Positions 8,874 through 17,002 of a stretch of 64,000 bases of DNA are shown in pieces. The position numbers were made by a program, and so were the translations under genes. Positions within the stretch are counted from its first letter, which is position 1, and every line of letters begins with the position of its first letter. The stretch covers positions 62,001 through 126,000 of the IMG/VR virus record IMGVR_UViG_3300025030_000041, one strand, 5' to 3'. The notes beneath the pieces are model-generated. The model was not told where the DNA came from, ran no database searches, and saw nothing but the letters and a program-made list of their open reading frames with translations.

Positions 8874-9652
8874 ATGGATACTGATATTGAGACTAACTGT
8901 CTGCAAAAAAAGATGGTAATTTAATACATAATTTAATACCTAAATTTAAATACGAAAATAATTGGATAGCAGGAGGGTGTATTAGAGATATTTTAGATAA
9001 TACTAAATATAATGATATAGATATTTTTTCAAAAAATAGAGAAGACTCTATACGCTTTATAATAAACAATAATTTGCTAGATACTTATGAGATTTCTTTA
9101 GAACATTCTAAAAATAAAAAAGAAAGAAATCTTATTAAATATATTAAAGATGAAGTCTCTACTAAAAACCATAAACCTCTACTTAATTTACGTAATGATC
9201 CAAGAGTGTATAAATTAGATTTTATCAATAACGATAATCATATTCAAGTAATGATAGGCCAAAACTATCCCACTATAGAGTCTTGTATTTATGATTTTGA
9301 TTTTACCATATGCCAGTTTGGGTTTGATGGAAATGATATATATTACTTTGATAATTCAATTAATGATTTACAACAAAAAATAATTAAATTAGCAAAAATT
9401 AAAAATAATAGATTTATATACTTTGAAAGAATAATTAAGTTTTTGAATAGAGGATATAAATTAGATAAAGAATCTTATGAGTTTATTATTAAATCACAAC
9501 CTAGTCTTGAATATTTACAAGAAACTGGAAGAGCCTTAGACTGCGACTTTTTTAAATATATTAATAGTAAAAACTTAAGTGAGACGTTATTAAAAAATAA
9601 AATATCATTATTACATTTAGATGGAATGCTAAACACTACAAATTTAATTTAA
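8874..9652 (+). CDS. tRNA nucleotidyltransferase / poly(A) polymerase-like protein (needs a -1 frameshift near 8906-8912)
   Basis: WIAGGCIRD...NDIDIF lies in frame upstream of the called TTG 9074; FDFTICQ downstream. Confidence 0.7.
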
Positions 9653-9668
9653 TCTTAAAAACCATTAT

Positions 9669-10274
9669 ATGAAACTACCTGTAAAAAAAAATGAATTAAT
9701 ACAAGAATTATCTATTGAATTTAAAAGAACAAAATCTAAATTAGTTTATAATAAACTATATAACTTAATATTACCGCAAGTTCAGTTATATATATATAAA
9801 ATAGTGAAAGACTATGACGACTCTAATGATATTTCATCAGAAGTTATGATTAAGCTTTGGCAAAAAATTGATATGTATAATGAAAATTGGAGATTTAGTA
9901 CATGGATATATAGTATAGCTAGGTATGACGCCTTACAATTTATAAATTATAAAAAAAATACAGTCACATTAACTATTTTTCATGATACCGGCTCTAAAAA
10001 AGAGTTTAATAGCTTTGAAATCTTTAATTCAGAAAAAGACTTCGAAACTTTATATAATACAGTAGTTTCAGAAATACTTAAATTAAATGGTAGAAAAAAG
10101 GAAGTTCTTATTGACAGGGAAATAAATAGAATGAAATATAAGGATATATCGGTTAAATATAATATAAATATTGATACTATTAAAACCTTAATTCGTCAAT
10201 CACGAATACAGGTTTTAGCTAAATTATCAGAGAAAAAACATATAGTAGAACTAGCAAATGAAATTTTAAAATAA
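9669..10274 (+). CDS. ECF-type sigma-70 factor
   Basis: Region 2 DISSEVMIKLWQKI...FSTWIYSIAR; region 4 MKYKDIS...TIKTLIRQSR. Confidence 0.85.
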   Translation: MKLPVKKNELIQELSIEFKRTKSKLVYNKLYNLILPQVQLYIYKIVKDYDDSNDISSEVMIKLWQKIDMYNENWRFSTWIYSIARYDALQFINYKKNTVTLTIFHDTGSKKEFNSFEIFNSEKDFETLYNTVVSEILKLNGRKKEVLIDREINRMKYKDISVKYNINIDTIKTLIRQSRIQVLAKLSEKKHIVELANEILK

Positions 10275-10282
10275 AATAAATT

Positions 10283-10750
10283 ATGAGACTTTCTATACCT
10301 AATTTTATAAATCCTAACTTTATAATTAACAAATTTTATAATATTGTTTTAGAAGTAAATATTTACTTAAAATATATATCTGCATTAAAACAGATGAAAA
10401 ATAATAAAATAATAGGGGATACCCTAGAACTTAGAAAAGACTATATTAATAGGCTATACTCTGTTATTAATTTACCTCCTGAATTTCTTATAGAAGAAGA
10501 AAATAAAGAAGAATTAAATAGATTAGAGGTAGAATACCTTAAACATGAATTTAAAAAATATAATGACGTTTTTTTAGAATACGGAATACTAGACCTAATT
10601 AAAATGAAAACGGAAAAAATATGTACTAAAGACCATTACGCATTTATAATAAAAATAAAATATAAATGGAATGAAACAAATATAATATGGGTATTATACA
10701 TAGTATTCTTAATTGGCCTATTAATAAAACTATACACTATCTTTTTGTAA
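10283..10750 (+). CDS. hypothetical protein with C-terminal TM helix
   Basis: ORF with hydrophobic C-terminus. Confidence 0.7.
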   Translation: MRLSIPNFINPNFIINKFYNIVLEVNIYLKYISALKQMKNNKIIGDTLELRKDYINRLYSVINLPPEFLIEEENKEELNRLEVEYLKHEFKKYNDVFLEYGILDLIKMKTEKICTKDHYAFIIKIKYKWNETNIIWVLYIVFLIGLLIKLYTIFL

Positions 10751-10815
10751 ATTATCTTTTATAATATAGTAAACCTATTTTATTTTAGATACCTAATACC
10801 AAAAATTTAAGTCAT

Positions 10816-12519
10816 ATGGCAATAGATTTAAACTTACTTAAAGATCATAATACTAGACAAGATTATATTAATACTTTAACTAAAGACGAACTTAAAGCAT
10901 TAATTAATAAACTCAAACTGCAAGATAGTGCATTTAAGATTATATTAAATAGCTATTATGGTTCATCAGGTCAAAATTCCTTCGCATTTTTCAATTTAGA
11001 CATAGCGGCGTCAATAACTTTGCAAGGTCAAGATATTATTAAGTATACGGATAAGGTAATAGAACATTATTTTATTAATGAGTGGCATCTTGATAAAGAG
11101 CTTCATAAAAAATTAAGTATAGATCATTTAAAAATTAATCCTATAAAAATAACAAAAGGGCCACCTATAATATATGTTGACACGGATAGCGTCAACGAAA
11201 ATTCAATAATTTATGTAAAAAATATAGGAAAAATTAAAATTAAAGATTTTTTTAAATTATGTTATAAAATTAATAGTATTATTAAATTAAAAAATGGGAA
11301 TGAGATAATTGGTATTTCTAATTTTAGAATATTAAATTTTAATAATACCTTATATTATGCAAAACCTAAAAAACTGATTAGGCATAAAGTAAAAAAGAAA
11401 AAATGGTTATTGAGGTCTAAGTCTGGAAAATCAATAATATGCACAGAAGATCATTCACTAATTGTATTTCACGATGGAATACAATTAAAAATTAAGCCAT
11501 CTGAAATTAATACAAAAATTGATAAAATTTTAACAATTAACGAATTAGACTTAAATTTTAATTATCAATTTGAAGATATATCTGAATGTAAATGTATAGG
11601 TGAATTCGAAGATGAGTGGGTATATGATATTGAAATGGATGATGCAACTCATACGTTTATTGCTAATGATATTTTAGTTCACAATTCTGGTTATATTAAT
11701 TATGATTATATTATAAAGTCGATAGAGGGGTTTGATACATTAAAAATAAGTCCTATATTATTTGCAGCTGATATAATTAAATATAGGATGAATTCTTATT
11801 TAAATAATAAATTTGAAGAATACGCTAAGTCGTATAATGCAATAAACACCCATGATTTTAAATTAGAGCATATTAGTAATAGTGGTATTTTTATTGCAAA
11901 AAAAAATTATATATTAGATGTTGCATTTGAGGATAGACTATTACCTGAGTCGTATTTATTACCTAAGGGGTTTGATTTAGTAAAAGCGTCTTTACCAAAA
12001 TGGGCACGGGCTAAAGGTACAGAATTAATTAAGATTATTTTAAAGAATGGCGACTCTTTAAATATGGATGAGATATTAAATAAATTATTAGAATATAAAG
12101 AAGAATTTAAAGGGCTACACCCTGATGAGTTTAGTATGAATTTTAATCTACGAACATTTAAAAAATATGTCATTAAAGATGACGATCAATTAGTATTTGC
12201 AAAAGGCGCATCTATCTATCCAAGGTCCGCTGGTTATTATAACCATTTATTATATAAGCAAACTGATAATATACGCAAAAAATATAAAAAGGTAAGAACC
12301 GGAGATAAGGTTAGATTTTATAATTGTATGCCTGATGATACGTATAAGATAGATGCATTTAGTTATTTACCTGGAAAATTTCCAATTGAGTTTGCGCCTC
12401 ACGTAGATTATGATGAGCAATTTAATGTTATTATTTTAAATCCATTGAATAGGGCTCTAGAAGCTATGGATATGCCATTAATAGAAAAAAATGTAATGTA
12501 TTTTAATGATTTGTTTTAA
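10816..12519 (+). CDS. family B DNA polymerase, C-terminal subunit (split gp43-like), intein-containing
   Basis: KIILNSYYG (motif B), YVDTD/S (motif C), KKNY, KG; no exonuclease or motif A. Confidence 0.9.
   Translation: MAIDLNLLKDHNTRQDYINTLTKDELKALINKLKLQDSAFKIILNSYYGSSGQNSFAFFNLDIAASITLQGQDIIKYTDKVIEHYFINEWHLDKELHKKLSIDHLKINPIKITKGPPIIYVDTDSVNENSIIYVKNIGKIKIKDFFKLCYKINSIIKLKNGNEIIGISNFRILNFNNTLYYAKPKKLIRHKVKKKKWLLRSKSGKSIICTEDHSLIVFHDGIQLKIKPSEINTKIDKILTINELDLNFNYQFEDISECKCIGEFEDEWVYDIEMDDATHTFIANDILVHNSGYINYDYIIKSIEGFDTLKISPILFAADIIKYRMNSYLNNKFEEYAKSYNAINTHDFKLEHISNSGIFIAKKNYILDVAFEDRLLPESYLLPKGFDLVKASLPKWARAKGTELIKIILKNGDSLNMDEILNKLLEYKEEFKGLHPDEFSMNFNLRTFKKYVIKDDDQLVFAKGASIYPRSAGYYNHLLYKQTDNIRKKYKKVRTGDKVRFYNCMPDDTYKIDAFSYLPGKFPIEFAPHVDYDEQFNVIILNPLNRALEAMDMPLIEKNVMYFNDLF
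11188..11685 (+). mobile_element. mini-intein (166 aa) in DNA polymerase motif C
   Basis: Starts at S after YVDTD, block B CTEDH, block F VYDIE, ends LVHN followed by S; no endonuclease domain. Confidence 0.9.
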
Positions 12520-12907
12520 ATATGAAGATATTAAAGATAAAGCCTTACTATCTAAATTAATAAAAGAAGAGGCTGATAGGATATTTAATTCTAGTATTGC
12601 AAGAAGGCATAGAAGTTATGACATAATATCCAATAATGTCAAATTAGGTAAAACGGCTGAAGTATGGTTATATGAAAATTTCAATTATAAATTTACAAAT
12701 GACATTTATACAGATTTACTAACAGATAGGGGCAATATAATAGAAGTAAAAGTAAAAAGAATTAAAAATCTTAATTGTTTAAATGACCAAATACAAAATG
12801 ACCTTGAAAAAATTAAAAGTTCAAATGTAAATAATTCAACAGTTTATATATGCTTCTCATATAATGACAATATATATAAATTAGAAAAAATAATAAAACT
12901 AACATGA
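12506..12907 (+). CDS. putative PD-(D/E)XK nuclease
   Basis: GKTAE...TDLL...IIEVK. Confidence 0.5.
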   Translation: MICFKYEDIKDKALLSKLIKEEADRIFNSSIARRHRSYDIISNNVKLGKTAEVWLYENFNYKFTNDIYTDLLTDRGNIIEVKVKRIKNLNCLNDQIQNDLEKIKSSNVNNSTVYICFSYNDNIYKLEKIIKLT

Positions 12908-13131
12908 TACAAGTTATTAAATATGCATGTTGTGATAAAATATTTGCAGCATGCCATGAACCTCACTGCTACACTGATACTGACTGGCTTAAAAACCTAA
13001 AACAATATGTTAGGCGAGGCGATAAAGTGGAAATGATACATGGTGGAAATGGACTCCAAATGGGTCAATGCGAGTGTAATGAATTAGTGAAAAGTAAAGA
13101 CCTAAACTTATTTAGTAAAGCAACACAATAA
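12904..13131 (+). CDS. hypothetical Cys-rich protein
   Basis: ORF overlapping the previous stop (ATGA). Confidence 0.6.
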   Translation: MIQVIKYACCDKIFAACHEPHCYTDTDWLKNLKQYVRRGDKVEMIHGGNGLQMGQCECNELVKSKDLNLFSKATQ

Positions 13132-13169
13132 AACTATTCAGTTTAGCCTCACCCATATATAATACACAA

Positions 13170-13301
13170 AGAGTATTATATTTATCATTTAGTAGATTGA
13201 TTATCAATTAATTATATTTACTTGTTATATTTAGTTCAAAAATAAAGTACTAAAAATGTTAATATATCAAAAACATTTCTTATTTTTGTATTAAATATAA
13301 C
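13170..13301 (+). repeat. promoter cassette copy 2
   Basis: agtagattgattatcaattaattatatttacttGTTAtatttagttcaaaaataa...ttatttttgtattaaataTAAC. Confidence 0.9.
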
Positions 13302-13344
13302 AGTTTGCAGGTTTATTTAGTTGCGACTTTAAAAACGAAAAATT

Positions 13345-13515
13345 ATGATAACAGAAAAACAATACTTAAAAGCGAAAAAGTTAATTGCAGACTACGAAAG
13401 CCAGCAATTGAATAAACATGTTGTTATAAGCAGTAAGCCGACCTCAAAAAAGAAGAAGGTGATTATAGATGCAGATAAATTTTCAAAGATGTGTGATGTT
13501 ATTAAACGGATATAG
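13345..13515 (+). CDS. hypothetical cassette peptide, 56 aa (not in ORF track)
   Basis: MITEKQYLKAKKLIADYESQQLNKHVVISS... Confidence 0.65.
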   Translation: MITEKQYLKAKKLIADYESQQLNKHVVISSKPTSKKKKVIIDADKFSKMCDVIKRI

Positions 13516-13587
13516 GCTTATTGCTGCTAACGTTCATCAGATATATTCAGTTCTGATTTTAATATATAACTAAAATAAATTAATAAG

Positions 13588-13845
13588 ATGAAAGATAGAA
13601 AACATATAAAAACATTTGAAGATAAGACATCAGAATTGAATATATCTGATGTTATAAGTAGTAAAACTAAGGAAGAAATTCTAAAATTGATAAAAAGTTT
13701 AGATGATAGAGGGTATTTTTATATTTTCAATAATAGAGAGGATTTTGTAGAGGGTAGAACAGATTGGGATGATTTAAAAGATACTTGTGAAAACTTTTAT
13801 TATGTTATTGAAAATATAAAAGAATTAATAGAAAGAAATGAGTAG
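13588..13845 (+). CDS. hypothetical cassette protein with KHIKTFED leader
   Basis: ELNISDVISS is the translated site. Confidence 0.7.
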   Translation: MKDRKHIKTFEDKTSELNISDVISSKTKEEILKLIKSLDDRGYFYIFNNREDFVEGRTDWDDLKDTCENFYYVIENIKELIERNE

Positions 13846-13925
13846 TTTTATTACTTATAACGTGCCGCAGCTTGACGCTGTTGGCGATTTGAAACACGAA
13901 TTTTAATTAAACAACAAAAGTAAAT

Positions 13926-14270
13926 ATGGAAACGAAAACTTCAATTAACAACGAAACCGCCAATAGCGTTCAAGGTACTGTTAGGCGTAGGGCGGACATC
14001 AATCAGGAGATTGCCGAAAAATGGGAATTAATCGCTCAAATCAAAACAGAAATAGTTGCCTTGAAAAAAGAGGAACTTCTATTGTGTGATGACCACCAAA
14101 GATTTGAGGAAACGGAAGAAGAAATAACAATTTCAAGGCGACCAAAGAAAACCGAAAAGCGATTAATTGGGCGTATTCATTGGAAGGAAGAATTTAAGGA
14201 TGAAGATACAGAGCAATCTATTTGGATTGAGCGTTCACAGGTTGTTCGCGTCAATGGTGTGTGGCAGTAG
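13926..14270 (+). CDS. hypothetical cassette protein
   Basis: ORF; more GC-rich than the backbone. Confidence 0.75.
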   Translation: METKTSINNETANSVQGTVRRRADINQEIAEKWELIAQIKTEIVALKKEELLLCDDHQRFEETEEEITISRRPKKTEKRLIGRIHWKEEFKDEDTEQSIWIERSQVVRVNGVWQ

Positions 14271-14382
14271 CCTTACGCCTAACGTTTTGCGTATATGTGA
14301 AGTACGCATAGCAGAAACTTGAAATTAAATACAAACCTTAATGGCGTATTTCACATATACGCTGTTAGCAAATCGTAAAATT

Positions 14383-14559
14383 ATGACTAAGAAAGATATT
14401 TTAAAATTAGTAGAAGAAACATTCAGCGAAGAAATTTCAACTTCTTGTGCTGAAACTGTATTAGGACTTGAAAGTTGGATTGATGGTAAAGAAGAATTTA
14501 TGGAAAAGTTAGCAGAGAAGTTGAAATTGTTATTTGATGATAACGACTTATCTAAATAA
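14383..14559 (+). CDS. hypothetical cassette protein
   Basis: Start at 14383 or 14341. Confidence 0.6.
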   Translation: MTKKDILKLVEETFSEEISTSCAETVLGLESWIDGKEEFMEKLAEKLKLLFDDNDLSK

Positions 14560-14571
14560 TTTTATGTTTGC

Positions 14572-14731
14572 TAACGTTCTGTAAATATGATTAGTTGAAG
14601 AGTACTGTCATTTATAATTTAGTAGATTGATTATCAATTAATTATATTTACTTATTATATTTAGTTCAAAAATAAAGTACTAAACGTGTTAATATATCAA
14701 AAATATTTCTTATTTTTGTATTAAATATAAC
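14572..14731 (+). repeat. complete promoter-only cassette (copy 3)
   Basis: TAAC-gttct-GTAAATATGATTAGTTGA...TCAATTAATTATATTTAC-tt-ATTA-body-TAAC; no ORF. Confidence 0.9.
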
Positions 14732-14757
14732 GGCTACAGATAAACTCAGTTTTTATT

Positions 14758-14979
14758 ATGGAAAAGAAAATATATTACGAAAACAATTGGTTAAATCAGC
14801 ACTTAAATAAAGTTGGATTGCTCGATAAAAAATTGAGTTTATCTGATGTTATGTGTTGTGTTTGTGGGTCGGAACTCACAATTCAAGAGAATGAAGAAAA
14901 TCTAACTTATGATGTTAGAGAACGAATATGTGATAAATGTAATAGTGAGTTGAGCGAGGAAAGAAAACATTGCATATAA
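14758..14979 (+). CDS. hypothetical zinc-ribbon cassette protein
   Basis: CCVC...CDKC; stop is part of TAAC. Confidence 0.7.
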   Translation: MEKKIYYENNWLNQHLNKVGLLDKKLSLSDVMCCVCGSELTIQENEENLTYDVRERICDKCNSELSEERKHCI

Positions 14980-14997
14980 CGGCATCCGCTATGAGTA

Positions 14998-15291
14998 GTG
15001 GCGGATTTAGAACTACTCACTTTAAATTTAGCACAAATGACAATAGAAAGCACAGAACATCAAGAAAGCACTAACCCGCCATTACTTATATCGAGTGTTA
15101 GCGGTAGTGTTTTTCGTCCGAAGAATGGACACGAATTACTGCAAGCATTGAAAGAAAATAAACAATGTGAGATAGTAGATACACACGCATTTTTAGCAAC
15201 AAAAGCACTTGAAGACAACCATTGCGGATTTTCATTTTCTTTCAAGCTGTCAAAGTGGAATAAAGGATGGTCAGGTTTCGAGTGGTCTTAA
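14998..15291 (+). CDS. hypothetical cassette protein (integrase-proximal)
   Basis: LLISSVSGS translated site; start may be ATG 15037. Confidence 0.65.
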   Translation: MADLELLTLNLAQMTIESTEHQESTNPPLLISSVSGSVFRPKNGHELLQALKENKQCEIVDTHAFLATKALEDNHCGFSFSFKLSKWNKGWSGFEWS

Positions 15292-15300
15292 CATTACCGC

Positions 15301-15320
15301 TAACTATTATATATATACAA
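15301..15320 (+). other. attI-like terminal recombination site (TAAC-TAT-(TA)5)
   Basis: Last TAAC has no partner hairpin and lies 37 bp before the integrase ATG. Confidence 0.6.
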
Positions 15321-15340
15321 GTACGCTTAATATATTGAAT

Positions 15341-16156
15341 ATGAATACTAAATTTGATTGTATTATCAGAAAATTTGAAAAAACTCTGATAATAAAAAAT
15401 TATTCAACATGTACTATTAATAATTATAAAAGTTGTCTTTATAACTTTTTAATAGAAATAAACAATGATCCATACCATTTAAATTTAGAACAGTTAAACA
15501 ACTATTTATTTAATTTTAATTATTCGTCAGTATCACAGCAAAATCAAATACTTAATTCTTTAAAAATATTCTATTTATTAATTTTAAAAAAATCAATAAA
15601 ACATTTAATTAAAATTAAAAGACCACGAAGAGAAAAGAAATTACCACAAGTAATTTCGCATGATGAAATTGTGCAATCAATTTCCAAAATACAAAACTTA
15701 AAACATAAAGCTATCATATCGCTAGCATATAGTAGTGGATTAAGAGTTTCAGAAATATGTAATCTTAAATTAGAAGACATAGATTCAAAAAGAATGCTAA
15801 TTTTAGTTAAATCAGGAAAAGGAAGAAAAGATAGAGTTGTACCTCTTTCAAATCATATTTTAGGGCTTTTAAGAAAATACTATCTTAAATACAAACCTGA
15901 GTTTTATCTTTTTGAAAGCTATGCTCATGGAGTTAAATATTCTACTTCAAGTTGTAGGCAAATTTGGAATAATTTTAAAATTAATAAAAATTCAACTTTT
16001 CATACATTGAGGCATTCATGCTTTACAAATCTTTTAGAAAATGGAACGGACATACGAATAATTCAAAAAATAGCAGGGCATTCATCAATAAAAACTACAG
16101 AAATTTATACTCACATATCAACTAATATCTTAAATAAGATTAAATTACCAATTTAA
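15341..16156 (+). CDS. tyrosine recombinase / integrase (271 aa)
   Basis: SGLRVSE (R), GKGRKDR (K), HTLRH, GHSSIKTTEIY; N-terminal SAM-like domain; the track start 15209 overlaps a cassette, so 15341 is preferred. Confidence 0.95.
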   Translation: MNTKFDCIIRKFEKTLIIKNYSTCTINNYKSCLYNFLIEINNDPYHLNLEQLNNYLFNFNYSSVSQQNQILNSLKIFYLLILKKSIKHLIKIKRPRREKKLPQVISHDEIVQSISKIQNLKHKAIISLAYSSGLRVSEICNLKLEDIDSKRMLILVKSGKGRKDRVVPLSNHILGLLRKYYLKYKPEFYLFESYAHGVKYSTSSCRQIWNNFKINKNSTFHTLRHSCFTNLLENGTDIRIIQKIAGHSSIKTTEIYTHISTNILNKIKLPI

Positions 16157-16224
16157 AAAAAAAATATTAGTTTTAATACTAATTAAACTCCAATAATAGA
16201 AAAAACTTAAAAACAATTAAAAAT

Positions 16225-16965
16225 ATGCTTACACAAGATAATATTAAATCAGTATTACTTTTTGATTTAGAAACATGTGGTCAATCTAAGGAGTTATTTG
16301 GATTACCTCCTCTTTTACAAGATATATTTATACGTAGAACTTGGCAAAAAATTAAAGAAGAGTATAAAGATGAAAACGAAGGGTATTTAAAAAATGCCGG
16401 CTTATATGCTGAATATGGTAAAATAATATGTGCGTCGTTTGCCATGATTAAGTTTGATGAAAATATTAGTAGTATTAGTCTAATTAATATAGCAGATGAA
16501 AATGAAAAGATTCTTTTAGAAAAAGTGAGTAAATTATTAAATGACTTTTCATCTATTTTTAAAAATGGTAAATTATGTGGGTATAATATTAAAAATTTTG
16601 ATATACCATTTTTATCAAAACGATTTTTAATTAATAGATTAGATTTACCAAATTTATTAGATAACTATAACAAAAAGCCATGGGAAATATCATGTTATGA
16701 TTTATTTGAAATGTGGTCATTTGGCCAAAAAAAATTAATACCATTTGAATTAGTATTAGCGTCACTAAATATTGATACCCCTAAAGATGATATTCATGGC
16801 CATGAAGTCCATGAAACATATTATTCATCAGACAATAAAATAAATTCTCTTAATAAAATATCAAAGTATTGTGGAAAAGATGTTATAGCATCTTGCCAAT
16901 TATTATTACGTTTAAATAATATCGATGTAGTTAATAAAGATAATATTATTAGTAAAACAATTTAG
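16225..16965 (+). CDS. PolB-type 3'-5' exonuclease (DnaQ-like)
   Basis: FDLET, GYNIKNFDIPF, YCGKDV. Confidence 0.85.
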   Translation: MLTQDNIKSVLLFDLETCGQSKELFGLPPLLQDIFIRRTWQKIKEEYKDENEGYLKNAGLYAEYGKIICASFAMIKFDENISSISLINIADENEKILLEKVSKLLNDFSSIFKNGKLCGYNIKNFDIPFLSKRFLINRLDLPNLLDNYNKKPWEISCYDLFEMWSFGQKKLIPFELVLASLNIDTPKDDIHGHEVHETYYSSDNKINSLNKISKYCGKDVIASCQLLLRLNNIDVVNKDNIISKTI

Positions 16966-17002
16966 TAGTGTATATGTTATTTAATTTAAATACTTTTTAA
17001 TC

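Larger units (their letters stand above)
13170..16156 (+). mobile_element. integron-like element: cassette array C plus tyrosine integrase
   Basis: Alternating TAAC (13298, 13528, 13858, 14280, 14572, 14728, 14977, 15301) and GTTA (13423, 13651, 13980, 14364, 14654 as ATTA, 14848, 15097), each segment bounded by inverted repeats, abutting the integrase. Confidence 0.9.

Noticed and set aside
13170-15304. CRISPR array or simple terminators as an explanation of the repeats
   Set aside because: Arms differ between units, spacing is irregular, there are no cas genes, and the stems enclose long loops or ORFs without U-tails.
15209-15340. N-terminal extension of the integrase in the ORF track
   Set aside because: It overlaps the last cassette ORF and the terminal site; ATG 15341 gives a typical 271-aa enzyme.
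13170-16156. Shufflon-type inversion system
   Set aside because: A shufflon needs one repeated site sequence and gives mixed orientations; here arms are unit-specific and all ORFs are co-oriented. Inversion of the near-palindromic promoter body is not excluded.
15341-16156. Prophage integrase indicating lysogeny
   Set aside because: No repressor or excisionase and no evident attP; the direct junction with the array explains it better, although lysogeny cannot be excluded.
16225-16965. This exonuclease as the missing N-terminal half of the split polymerase
   Set aside because: It is a stand-alone exonuclease with no polymerase motif A.
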